From Utricularia gibba (Eukaryota > Plantae > Magnoliophyta), in NCBI GenBank assembly GCA_002189035.1, contig NEEC01000015.1:682001-746000 (forward strand): a stretch of DNA of 64,000 bases, written 5' to 3'. Below the pieces are notes generated by a model that saw only the letters and a list, made by a program, of their open reading frames with translations, was not told the DNA's origin and did no database searches. Below are positions 51,121 to 63,871 of the stretch, in pieces. Position numbers and translations under genes: made by a program. Position 1 is the stretch's first letter. The number at the start of each line of letters is the position of its first letter.

Positions 51121-54100
51121 ATGGAAAAAATGAACAAGAAGAAGATATTGGTTTTTCTGGATGTCTCAGTTGATGGTGATCCTTGTGAGAAGATGATTTT
51201 TGAGGTACTTTGTTTTTCTTACGTGTAGTGAGCCATGGTGTGCTTGTGCTTGAATCTGCTGACGTTTTTTGAATTCTACCGCGCAGCTTTTCACTGATGT
51301 GGCTCCCAAGACTGCTGATAATTTCCGTGCACTCTGTACTGGTAAGTGTTTTTCCATTAATCAGCTGTGCGCCTCTGCTGTGCATTTGCTGACCCTTTCA
51401 GGATTGATGATTTCATTGAGTTTATGTGATCAGGAGATAAAGATAGCTGCTCAAACTTCCATTCGTTTCGAAACATAGATCTATTAAGATTTGCTTGGAC
51501 CTTATACATGTTTTCTGTTTTGCTACTAGTAATCATATTTGAGGTGTTCAGAATTGTTTTTCTTTTCTGAAAGATGTGCTTCCGTTATTAAATATTCAGG
51601 AGAAAAAGGCATTAGCCTTACAACTGGGAAGCCTCTGCATTATAAGGGGACCTTTTTCCACCGCATCATTAAAGGATCTATGGTTCAGGTATTTTTTCTT
51701 CTATGAACTGAATACATAAAAGTGTGAGTTCTGAATGTTATCTTTGAAGCTACTCGATGATTGACCAGGAGTGATAGCCGCTTTTATTTCTGTCAGCTGT
51801 TGTTGTTAGTCCTAGTACAAGGCTGGTGGATATGTCTGCTTTTGTTGTGATATTATTTCGAGGTTCTGCTCACTGGGCTGTGCATTTTTTTTTAATTTTT
51901 ACTCAGGTCTGGTAGATAGCACATTGTCTTTTTTTTTTTCCAAGTTAATGATTGAAAGCGTTTTATTATTTTTAGGGAGGGGACCTTCTTCGTCGAGATG
52001 GTATGTCTTCCTAGTGTGAGAATAATTTGTGGCTGGTAGGTTATCTGACAGGAAATTGAATTTATTCATATACCGACAGGAAACTACGGGGAAAGCATAT
52101 ACGGTAGAAAATTTCCAGGTAATGACTTTTTTCTGTTTCTTAATGATTCGCTTGCCTGTTGTTGTGCTTAGAAGTGTAAAAATATTTGGAAGTATCATTA
52201 GCATGAGACCATAGAAGCTAGATTGGAGTCTCTGTTTTGTATGATTCTTTATCCTCAGCCTTTCCTATAATTTGTGTCTTGAGAACATGTGGATTTTCTG
52301 TCTATTGCCTGTGAAGGTTGTGGCTGATTTTGATCTTATACTCGCTGCATTGGAGCTTCAATGATATTGGAACAATTGTTTTCGGTTAATATGGTAGGGA
52401 AATCCAAATGTTACGGCTGTCTTGTTTGAACTAGTGTTGTGAACTTGGTAGCTGTAGTTTTTTTTTTTTTTTTGTTGGTACATTTCTGCTCAAACAGTTC
52501 TCCGTAGTTTTCCAAGATAATCCCTCACATGATGCCTCTTGTAGTCACCCCAGACTACACGATATATATTGGCATAAGATAGATACTGTTATTCTAGGAT
52601 TTTGAAATTTCTTTCGGGTTACTGATTACAGTTCTCTGTATTTAACATGGGTAGCCACTAATATATACTGAGAATTTCCAGATGAGACTCCGAAGCTAAA
52701 GCATGATGGCCCTGGGTTACTATCAATGGCAATTGCCGATAGAGATGAGAGGGGCTCAGTCTTCGGGATCATGTTGCAGGCAGATCATCACCTTGATAGG
52801 TCTATATTTCCTTTTTTTTTTTTTTCAAAAGACCTCTGTGAATTTCTAAAAAGTGAATGTTTTCAGCAACTTTCGTGTATTTGTCTATTCATATAGAGAG
52901 TATTTCCTATTCAGATACTTTTGATGCCAATGGCCCCTCAAGGCACGCCTATCTATGATTTAGGCTTTTGTGGAAGGGTAGGGAGGGATATGAATCTTTA
53001 TATGTACTGCTTTTGTTGATGATCGTCTTGCCTTTTCTACAGGAAAAATGTTGTCTTTGGGAAGCTCGTTGATGGTTATGATGTTTTGAAGAAAATAGAA
53101 AACTCCGGAGATGCTGAAGGAAGACCAGAAGTCACTGTGAAAATAATCAACTGTGGAGAACTACACGGGGGTAGAAAATTATTCTGCTGACATCTGTGCC
53201 TGCGCCAGTGTCTTAAATTTCAGATGTTTTGACCTTATACTTTAGCCAAAATGTTGTCTTTGCAGATAGTAAGAAGGGAAGTAAGTCAAAGATTGGGAAG
53301 CAAGCCAATTCGAAAATAATCAACTATGGAGAACTACACGAGGGTAGAAAATCATTATGCTGCACCTTTACCTGCGCCAGCGTCTTAAGTTTCAGACGTT
53401 TTGACCTTATACTTTAACCAAAGTGTTGTCTTTGCAGATGGTAAGAAGGGAAGTACGTTGAAAATTGTGAAGCACGCTGCTGAGGAAAGTAGTGATGAGG
53501 TAGAACATAAGAAAAAACACAGAAAGTCATCCTCGAGGAAGAGGAAAAGAAGAAGAAGATATTATTCATCTGAGTCAGACAGTTCAACAGACACTGATTC
53601 TGACACGTCTGAGTCTGAAAGCGACTCTGAATCAGATGAATCATCATTGAGCGAAACTAGCTCATCAGATGACGATAGACGTAACAAAAGAAAGAAATAT
53701 AAGAAGGACAAGCGTAAGCGAAGGAGAAAGAAAGATAGGCGTCATGAGAAACGGCGCAAGAGGCGGGATAAAAAGTCAAAACGTAAATTAAGAAGGTAAT
53801 GCATGTTCTGAAAGTCAAAACTGATGCAGGTTTATTTTATTGATTCAGTTGTCAACTCTTGGAATGCAGGGACAGTGACTCTGACAGTGAGGCTGGCAGT
53901 AAAAAAAGTAACAGCTCTGAAAAGGATGATGTAGTGTTGCCTAAAATGAATGGTAAGGCAGAGTTGAATGAATGAATCTCTGATTACCTTTGTGCACTTT
54001 CTAATTCTTGAATTTTTCATTATGTTAAGAAAATCAATCTCCTGAAGTTGGCAAAGACAAGGCTGATGTGAGTCGAGGGAACGGAGAGGCTGCTAGGTTT

Positions 54101-55554
54101 CCCGAACAAGTAGAGGCTGTGTTCCCACAAGATAATGGAGGTTATCAAGGTAATGGAGTTGAAGTAGGAAGGGGAACAGACAGAAATGGAGAGAAACATC
54201 CTGATGAAGTTGACGATCGCCCAAGCAAATCTGGGTATATGCACTGTGTTGTCTTCATCTTTCCTGTTTATTGCTCACAGACACTGCTACTAACTGGATA
54301 AGTGACACAGGAGTAGAAGCATAAGTCCTAGAAGAGCCGAGAGTAAGAGTATGAGCATCAGTCCAGGAAATGGTGCAGCCGTTACTAAAAAACGGAGCCG
54401 AAGTTCTACTGTAAGCAGAAGTCCACATCGGGTTTCCGGGAGAAGCAGGAGTAAGAGTCCAGTAAGGAGTGCCAGTAAAAACCCAGTGAGGGTCATTGAG
54501 GGAAGAAGCGATCGGCAGAGTTCTCTTCAAAGGTCTCCTCCCAGAAGAATATCAGCAAAATCAGTCAGTCGCAGCCCCGTGAGGTCTCCCAGACCCAGCT
54601 TGAGCGGGAGCTCCGGCAAGTCTTCTCAAAGAAGCCCGAGTAGAAGCCCTGTTAGATCATCTCGTAGAAGTGCTAGCAGAAGCCCCGGAAGAAGGCCAAG
54701 TAGAAAAAGCCGCAGCCGAAGTCCCGTGAGACCACCTAGAAGAATCTCAAGGAGCGGTGCAAATTCTGGCCGTTGGGCAAGATCACCTCCATCTGATCGC
54801 GGTAGGAGCCTATCAAGGAGTCCTGAAGATGGATCACCAAAACGAGTCAGAAGAGGGAGGGGATTTAGTGACCGTTACTCTTATGTCCAGCGTTACAGAA
54901 GCCGTTCTCCTGATCATTCTCCTGTAAGGTCTTATCGTTATGGAGATAGAGCTGACCGTGGCCGGTAATAAATCATTGCCTCTTTTCTCTTAGGACTTTC
55001 AGAGGCCTGGTATTCGTAACATTCTGCATTTATAATTCTTGCCAGATACCCTGGCTACAGAAGGTCACCCAGGCCTTACAGGAGCCCACCTCGAGGAAGA
55101 ACACCCCCAAGGTCTGTGTTTGCGTCATGTCCTTCATACTGCTATCAAAGTTTGGTGACAATTGTGCTGCAATTTTGGCAGATACAGGGGGAAGAGAAGC
55201 CGTACACGTAGTCCCAGCAGGTCTCGCAGCCCAATCCGATACCGGAACCGCCGTTACAGTCGTAGCAGAAGCCCGGGCCGAAGCCGCTCCCCAGCTGACA
55301 GACGTCGCGGAGGTTCGCCACGCATAAAGAAGCAGAGGTCACCCTCCCGCAGCCGGAGTGCTTCTGGGTCGCCACGTGTAAAAAAGCGTAGGTCACCCTC
55401 CGGCAGTCGAAGCGCCTCTGGATCACCGTCGCCCCGTGTCTCCGCGTCCCCCCCAAAATCACGTTCCGCTCCCGGGGATGCTGCCAAAGGTAAAGCAGGG
55501 TCGTCGTCCTCTGATAGCTCGCCAAAGAAAGGCCTGGTCTCGTATGGCGATTGA
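51121..55554 (+). CDS. CYP95: Multidomain cyclophilin with a C-terminal RS domain, CYP95-like; many exons, including one duplication-born exon
   Basis: [65 protein letters not shown], then S/D/K-rich and RS/SP-rich regions. Confidence 0.92.
53139..53475 (+). repeat. Intragenic tandem duplication (173-bp period) spanning an exon end, a whole intron and the next exon start
   Basis: GAAAATAATCAACT.TGGAGAACTACACG.GG|GTAGAAAA... at 53139 and 53312; both introns end GTTGTCTTTGCAG. Confidence 0.92.
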
Positions 55555-55957
55555 GGCATTTAAGGTCAGTGACGAAGAAATATGCGGAGAATCTGTGACG
55601 CAGTGCGTTATGTATTCTGGACCATGAAGTTTTTCACCGTTTTCGGGGGCGTTTAAACTGTCCGGAGTTCCGTTTTTTTGCTTATGATGCTGCTGTTAAG
55701 TGCATTGAACCTCGACATGAATTCGAATGCATGTTCATCTCCTCATGTTCCACTCAGTTTGATGCAGGGTAACTAGCAATAGAATGTACACGCAAATTTG
55801 GGTGGACTGAAAATGAATGTGGAAACCTTTCGTTTTATGTATGAGAAGAGCAACTGAACAGGGAAGAAGAAAGACGGTGACTTTGCGAAGTGACTGACAG
55901 ACCCAACAGACATGAAGCAAGGAAGGCCATTGAATCCCGAGCGTCTGCTCTGGATAA

Positions 55958-56161
55958 TCACTTGCGGCGGTTGTCCTGGGAGTCGACGACGCCCGGAGAA
56001 CGCGTCAGCTCGCGGCGGCGCATACCGACCATGTACCAAACGCCACCAACGGCGGCCACTCCAGCCGCCGCAAGGACGTAAGGGTTGTTGAACATCGCCC
56101 ACCGCCGCGAGTTCACGGCCTTGTGGGCGTCCGCCGCCGCCTTCTTCCAGTCATCAGCCAT
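55958..56161 (-). CDS. Uncharacterised 67-aa single-pass membrane microprotein
   Basis: ATG in good context (GACATGG), GC-rich coding-like composition, one hydrophobic stretch (PYVLAAAGVAAVGGVWYMVGM) followed by RRRE; site II-like motifs about 250 bp upstream. Confidence 0.6.
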   Translation of the reverse strand: MADDWKKAAADAHKAVNSRRWAMFNNPYVLAAAGVAAVGGVWYMVGMRRRELTRSPGVVDSQDNRRK

Positions 56162-57856
56162 GTCGGTTGGAAAGGAAACTCGGAGGAAGGCGCCCTCGTG
56201 TAGGCATAAAGCTTCGCAAACTGCATGAGGAGATTACGTGGCGCTGGCGGAGGTGTCAAACGTGTACCTCAACGTCCAGTGGGCTGTCGTTAGTCATTCT
56301 CCCAAAATAATACATACTATTTTTATCGCGTATTAACTTGACCAAACAGCCCCTAATAATAGCAAGTAGTTCAATGCGCCGTACACTGTCGGGCTTGTTC
56401 GAATAGACATGGATATGGGCCTGGTCCGTAAAGCCCATGGGCTACATGGCGCTTAAATCGTGCTCTTCATATTAGCACAAATAAAAATATTCAAATATCT
56501 AACAATAATAATAATAAAACCATGGGTCAAGGTTTGGAGTTAAACGCCATTGACTTTGGATCATATTAAATGTTATTTCCATTGTCCATAGTTTGATTTA
56601 AAATAGTTTCTGAAAAAACTATTTTAAAAAGAATTATGTTTCTAAACACGAATGGTTTTTGCATAAATAATAATAGAATTTTAGATATATAAAAATATAT
56701 ATAAATCCAATTTTTCATTTTCTTTTTATAAAACCAACAACCATTTCTCTTAACATCCACAAACAAATAAATACCTTTAAAAAATTTATTTTCGAGAGCA
56801 TCATGTCATCCCATGTTACACCATCATACCTTCATCCTCAGCAGTCAACGCATTTGGAAGCTTGCAGCAGTCAACTTGGTGCAAGAATGAACCATGGCAA
56901 ATAACAACGCCCTGAGGCAATACTACTCTACGAAGGGGTGTGATAATCGGGGCAGATGCATGCATCCTGCGGACACACATCCTTTCTTTACTGGTCTACC
57001 TCACTCGTGTCTGCGATGATGTCAGCACGTGTGGAGTTGAATCTTGAAAGTTAGTTAACTCTTGGTATATGAAAGGTCGTTACTCGTGTCGCCGCAACAG
57101 AAGAAGCTGCAGAGTCCCTGCAAATGGTCAAATACACGAGTGAAGAACGAGAGAAACGCTGTTTAAGAAGTGTACTCGTCAAAAGATTTTGCACGTATCA
57201 CGGCACAAAAAAACGACATATGGAAATATAGAGATTAAAGCTCTCAAAATTTTTTTGTGGGTTATGTTTTTACTTTTATTTTTATTAAAAATAATTTTGA
57301 ACAAAATAATGCTTATTTTTATTTTTTTTAACAAAAATATTTTTTAATATAATTAAAAATAAAATTAGAAATACAAATACAAAATAGTTATTATATTTCT
57401 TATTTCTATTTTTGAAGTTAAATTTTCAAAAATATTTCTATTTCTGTAATTTTTTCACGATACTACATTTTTGTTTCTATTTATTCAAAAAAATTCTATT
57501 TTTACTTTTTACTTTTGAAAAAAAATAAAGAACATTCAAAAAAATTTTAATAACACTCCGCTATTGTTCTCAGCTTTTCAAATCTAAGTTGTAAATATTT
57601 TCTCAAAACAGGACAAGCTTCCGAATAAGAACAATTGCAGAGTAGAATCAAATGTTCCTGAACAAAGCCGGGAACCAGATAGCCTGCACTGTATGCTCCC
57701 CGTGAAATACCCCAGATGCATTATGGTTTCAACATCATTTGCATCGGCTCAGAAAAACTTTGACCTTTGGCATCATTTGCTCGGCAGTCGGCTCTATATA
57801 TTATTTCCTTGTCCTTTGGCATTCGTCACCACCATTCTTCTCTATTTCGGTCTCCC

Positions 57857-58859
57857 ATGGCCTCTGTAGCCGTCGCCCTTCTTCTACTTTCGCTCTTCGC
57901 AGCTGGTTCTTGTCAAACGGGGTCATGGCAGAACGCTTACGCCACCTTCTATGGCGGCAGTGATGCCTCAGGGACCATGGGTTAGTTGTTTACAATGTCC
58001 TCATCCGCTTGATAAGATCTGTCATTGTAATCTGAACTTTCGAACACTAACATGTCGTTATATTCTGTTCACTCTGTCGAATCCAGTCATCTTTTTTTTT
58101 TTTTGATGGGGGAAATGCATGGGTGCAGGGGGAGCATGTGGCTATGGTGACTTGTACAGCCAAGGATACGGGACAAACACGGCGGCGCTGAGTACCGCTC
58201 TGTTCAATGACGGTCTAACGTGCGGTGCTTGTTATCAACTCCGATGCATCAACTCCTCAGGCAACTGCCTTCCGGGAACAATCAGGGTCACTGCCACCAA
58301 CTTCTGCCCCCCGAACTACAACCTCCCCAACGACAATGGTGGCTGGTGCAACCCGCCCCGAGTCCACTTCGACTTGGCCCAGCCCGCTTTCACCAGGATC
58401 GCCCAGTACCGTGCCGGAATCGTCCCCGTTTCCTACCGAAGGTGATCATGGGAACAGCAATAATAAATCTAACTCATCTTGCCCATCACATGCTCCATTT
58501 CAGCATCTTTTATATGTTTGTTCTTAGACATGTCATACTGAACGGCATGCCCACAGGGTCCCGTGCGTGAAGAACGGTGGGATCCGGTTCACGATCAACG
58601 GCAACTCTTACTTCAACCTGGTTCTCATCAGCAACGTCGCCGGCGCCGGCGACGTTCAGGCAGTTTCGATCAAGGGATCGAAGACCGAGTGGCAAGCCAT
58701 GAAGCGAAACTGGGGGCAGAATTGGCAAAGCAACGCGCTACTCGTTGGCCAGAGCCTCTCGTTTCAGGTGACCACCACGATGGGAAGACGGTCACGAGCT
58801 ACGATGTCGTCCCCGATTACTGGCAATTCGGACAGACATTCGAGGGCGATCAGGTCTAG
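57857..58859 (+). CDS. EXPA: Alpha-expansin, copy 1; 3 exons; apparent -1 frameshift near 58778
   Basis: Signal peptide, [14 protein letters not shown]|[54 protein letters not shown]. Confidence 0.93.
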
Positions 58860-60776
58860 CAGCTCACACAGCAATTGTGCGTGCACATTAACATGAAAAA
58901 TAATCAACATATCGCCGTAGGGCGACGAAGCCGCGGCGGCCGGAACGCCCGCTTCTTCTTACTGCTGGTGTTTGATTACCGTTAGTTAATCTGTTTACTT
59001 GTCTTGAAACCAACTATCAATAAACTGCATTCCCACCAAAACTAATTATCAGAAATCGAAAAAAAAACCCTTTGGATTCGGTTTAATTCAATAACGCACG
59101 TGCTCAATCCAATATTTTACCACGTGGGGCATATTCCTGGAGCTGAAGTTTTCGCTGCGAATGACACTATCAAATCTGCGTGACGACTTACGGGTCATCA
59201 AAACGACGCCGGATTCTAAAAGACAGTGGACCTCTAGCCCTAATATTGCATTTTCTATTGGAATTATTTAAATAAATGTATATTCCAAGCGTGGATCTCC
59301 CGCTTCGCTCACGGGGCTTAAACTTCATTGACTAGAGTGACGTGGAATGTTCGCTTTTTTATATTAATTCTGAATTTACAAAAGAAAATGGGAACACTTG
59401 TTTCACTTTCATTTCCTTTGCTTCACGTTTCAGATACTAAACGAAATTAATTTACATACAATAAAAAATTAAATATATTTCGTAAAAAGTATTAATTATG
59501 ATGAGTTTGACATAACATTTTATAATTTTATCAATATGTAATATTTATGAACATTTTATGAGATATTGAAAATATGTAACATTACATGGAATATTATCAA
59601 AATACTCAATTTTATGAGATAAAGATAAAAATTACAAAGTAATAACGTTATGTAATATTTTGAAACCTCATAATGTTTCACGATTTAATTGTATCCTAAA
59701 ATTTAGACGATGATTTGATCATCATAAAGAATTTTCTGATGATAAAATTGATTAAGCTGTTACTCGTGCATGTGCCACGTAAAAAATGTATTTATTGGGT
59801 TGAAAATCAACCAAAAATAAATTCATAAAATATTTTCTTCAGGTACCATCCGTAGTTTACGTTAGTTTTCTGCCGACTTCTATTTTTAATGGCATTTCGG
59901 TCACTTGCACGAAACACGGGAAGTGAATTTGATTGTATAGTTGGCCAGAGTTGGAGTTTGTGACATTGCATTTGCTTGTTTAATTAAAGCAACGCGTGCC
60001 TCCGGTGCCTATTGACTTTTGGGCACGTTAAAATGTTACTTCCCTAGGCCATAGTTTTAGGGCTCTACATTAGAAATAGCGATAGGGTTACCAATTCCAA
60101 ATACCCCTACCCCCTACCAGGAGCATCATGACATGTCCGTAATTGCATTTTACGGAATACCTTGTAGTGATTTGTTATAGAAAAAAAAGAAGAAGAAGAA
60201 GTAGCTGCATGACTTTTGATATCAACTTTTCTATTAGAACGAACAATATCACATTTAGAATTTAAAGTGAATTAGTTAAATGTATTAAAAATTATAAATT
60301 ACTATTAATTGATTTGATTTAATTTTTTAATATGATTCATATTTTTTATATACTTGTGTTTCATTTTTCATGACTCATGTGTGATTGTTCGATTTATCGA
60401 ATCCTTAATTTCAATATTTTCTAAACATAGATGATGTTTTGAGTCTCCATTCAAAAATGTCTCACATGGAAGTAGTATTCCATTGTCTGTTCTCTGGAAC
60501 CTCAGGCGTATGCACCAAATTCATTGTCTTTTGTCGCTTTTTAGAGCAGTGGGCGTGATCGTAGGGCGGAGGGTTGGATTCACTCCCATGGGGTAGACTT
60601 TGGGAAATGGGGCAAGTGCATGTGCTCTCAGACGACTTCATTTTCTTTTTATTTCTCCCCTCGTCAGCTCCATTCCCTAACCGCTTTCTGTCCTCTCCAG
60701 GTGTATAAATATGTTATCTTCCGCTTCAGCATTCATCGATGCCATTCTCCTGCGCTCTTCTTCATTTCCCTCTTCA

Positions 60777-61802
60777 ATGGCAGGAGTAATCGTCGCCCTC
60801 ATGCTCCTTTTCCTCTCCGCCGGTGGGTCGGCGCAGAACGGAGATTGGCACAACGCTTACGCCACTTTTTACGGCGGCAGCGATGCTTCCGGAACCATGG
60901 GTGAGTGTTTATATAAATTTCTTTCGTAGCTTTCAATACGAAACACAACGCTGTGAGGAAAATAGAGGCTATGGATTAAATTTGATAACCTTAGTTTATT
61001 AGGGTTTTTTTTTTTTGCTTTTTTTCTAATAAAAATATATCATGAAGGATATGTCCATGAGCATAGGTATGCTTCCTATGATGTCACATTAAGGTCTAAA
61101 TTCAATGTTGCGTATTGCAGGGGAGCCTGTGGTTACGGTGACTTGTACAGCCAAGGATACGGTACAAACACGGCAGCGTTAAGTACTGCCCTTTTCAACA
61201 ACGGCCAAACATGCGGCGCTTGTTACGAACTCCAGTGTGTCAACTCGCCGGGAAACTGCCTCGGGGGAGCATCATCGTCACCGCCACCAACTTCTGCCCG
61301 CCGAACAATAACCTCCCCAACGACAACGGCGGCTGGTGCACCGCCGCGGGAGCACTTCGACCTCTCCCAGCCCGCCTTCACGCAGATCGCACAGTACCGT
61401 GCCGGGATCGTCCCCGTTTCTTACCGAAGGTGACGCTGATGCCTGACGAATCGTCTATGCTTTGAAACAGCAACTTCGCTAAACTTTTGATGTACCAGGG
61501 TTCCGTGCGTGAAGAAGGGTGGGATCCGGTTCACCATCAACGGCCACTCGTACTTCAACCTGGTCCTCGTCACCAACGTCGCCGGCGCCGGCGATGTCCA
61601 AGCGGTTTCGATCAAGGGATCGAATACCGGATGGCAGGCCATGGCGCGAAATTGGGGGCAGAATTGGCAGAGCAACTCGTTTCTCGACGGACAGAGCCTC
61701 TCGTTCCAGGTCACCACTAGCGATGGCCAGACTGTCACGAGCTACAACGTCGCTCCGGCAAACTGGCAATTCGGACAGACATTTGACGGCGGCCAGTTCT
61801 AG
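60777..61802 (+). CDS. EXPA: Alpha-expansin, copy 2; 3 exons; losses of 1 and 2 bases in exon 2 that sum to 3
   Basis: Same motifs and intron positions as copy 1; TATNFCPPN...GGWC is present only in a shifted frame between 61263 and 61341. Confidence 0.92.
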
Positions 61803-62203
61803 GTGTACCGTTCTTTCATCGTAGGGTACCGAAGCTGTGGTGGCTTGTACACCCGCTTCTTCTTCTTCTTCAATGTAACATGCACGTGCGTCAGGATGTA
61901 GGGGTTCTAACATGAGCCATATAATCCGTGTAATAAGGAGTATTCTCAAACAAAGTGTAGAATGCTTCGGAATATTGGGCTTTAATTAACGGGCCGAGCC
62001 CAAAACATATCTTACAAATAGATTGCGCTTTGTTTTCTAGGTATATTTTCCATAAAAAATCATTTATTGGCTGCGCTGGCATCACGGAATTTTTTTATTA
62101 AGAATATTTTAAAGGACTTCATTTTATGACATTTTTCTTGTTTTCTAAGGAAATTATTTTGCCAAAAACAAAGGAGAAGTGAAGCTTCAAGTCAACCGAA
62201 CAG

Positions 62204-63871
62204 ATGAGCTCGGCCGCTTCAATGTCCCAGCGACTTCAACGGCTCTCCCCTGTATGGAATTACCAAAAAGCCCTTGTCACTCCCCGTAGGTTTCCCCGTA
62301 TCTTACCCATCGACGGCGTCCTCGGCCTAGGGTTTCTCGCCGCCTCGTCGCCCCCGCCTCAGCGGTCTACGTGTTCGAGAAAGGTTTGTGGCGGAAAGCC
62401 GTTTCAGTTTTCGATGATGTCGAGCAGCAGGAGCAATGAAAGGCCGGTGGTGGAGTTTCGAATTTCAGATTCGAGTGTTTTAAAGATTCAGAAGGGGGAC
62501 ATAACCCGGTGGTCCGTCGATGGTTCCTCCGACGCCATTGTAATACTCTTTGCGCTATTTCATCCTTGTTGCTGTTTTAAAATATGTAGAGAAGAAATAT
62601 GGGAATTCTCGGATGCGTCGGTGTTGTTTCGGTTATTCGTGCTCCTTTTGATCGCATAATCTAGATTGAGGTCTTAAGCGAATCAAAATTAGATTTTTCA
62701 GGTGTTGGCAAAGTTGATTGTTTCCTTATCATTCTTATCAATTGAATTTAAGGTAGGATATCATGTGTGACTGGTATCACTCCACCGTATTTTTCTGAAG
62801 GAATTAATGCCTGGAAAATGATTTTTATCGTGTTTTCCCCATGAACATACACCCTTTACAATGGCGTCTAAATATGTTTCATTTGAGACATGCATAGGTG
62901 AATCCAGCTAATAACCGGATGCTTGGTGGTGGTGGTGCTGATGGAGGTAGACCTAACTGCTGTGATAGTTTTTACTTCGGATTTTGCATCATCTTTTGTA
63001 AGATTTTAGAATGTTATGTATGCATCCTGCTGATTTCATTCTTTTTTCCGATTTATCGTGTGAAGCTATACATGATGCTGCTGGACCAGAACTAAAGGCT
63101 GCTTGCTTTGAGATCCCAGAAGTTAAGATTGGAGTTCGCTGCCCCACCGGAGAAGCAAGAATTACACCGTATGCACATTCTATGTTGATCATGGGATTCA
63201 ATTCTGTTCCTTTTTTTTAATCTAATGATCAAATCTGTAAGTTTATAGAGGCTTTGGATTGCCGGCTTCTCATGTTATTCATACTGTTGGGCCCATCTAC
63301 GACAGTGATAAGAACCCTGAAGCCTCTTTGAGGAATGCATACAGGTAACCATCTGCATCCACTGTATGTTTTTAAGGACTGTTGTTGGTGAAGATGCTGA
63401 TGTTATCTTCTTTTTCTTTCGTGGTATATATTACAGGAACAGCTTACTCGTTGCTAAAGACAATGGTATCCAGTACATTGCATTTACTGCCATATCATGC
63501 GGAGCATTTGGGTATGCTGATTGCCTACAGCTTATGGAATGATCATTTTCCATTTTCGAGGGTGCTTTGTTAGCGTAACACCCTGAATGCAGATATCCGT
63601 GCGACGAAGCTGCATCTGTGGCAATCTCAACAGTGCTGGAATTTTCGGCTGAAATATCTGAGGTACATTCTACAATCATATTCATACCTGGAACTACCTT
63701 TTGTGTATCATAAAGGTTGTGTTTCTTCGCCTTACTGGGACTTGTGCTATTTTAAACTCAGATTAGGCCCTGAAAGCTTCTTGTGATGTGCTGCAGGTTC
63801 ACTTTGTTTTGTTTAGTGATGCCATTTACGATGCGTGGGTGGAGAAAGCCAGTGAGCTCCTGCAAAATTGA
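62204..63871 (+). CDS. Macro domain (Appr-1''-p processing / ADP-ribose-binding) protein with an N-terminal organellar targeting-like extension; 7 exons
   Basis: KGDITRW...DAIV|NPANNRMLGGGGADG|AIH, CPTGEARITP, VIHTVGPIY, IAFTAISCGAFG|YP, VHFVLF. Confidence 0.92.

Noticed and set aside
51600-53100. Degenerate PPIase residues in the CYP95-like domain (GSVF, KNVVFG)
   Set aside because: This type of divergence is, as I recall, already typical of the CYP95 clade, so it is not novel.
56820-57180. GC-richer island with ACTCGTGT/ACACGAGT inverted motifs upstream of expansin 1
   Set aside because: Repeats are only 8-10 bp, with no ORF, TIR or TSD; compatible with promoter sequence.
57250-57560. AT-rich spacers (also ~10150-10900, 14400-15000, 32940-33330, 37180-37430, 59450-59830) as possible MITEs
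   Set aside because: No convincing terminal inverted repeats or target-site duplications found by eye.
4908-61802. Possible cell-wall gene cluster (PMT, UTr7, 2 XTH, 2 EXPA)
   Set aside because: The genes are spread over 57 kb among unrelated housekeeping genes, the families are large, and tandem pairs inflate the count.
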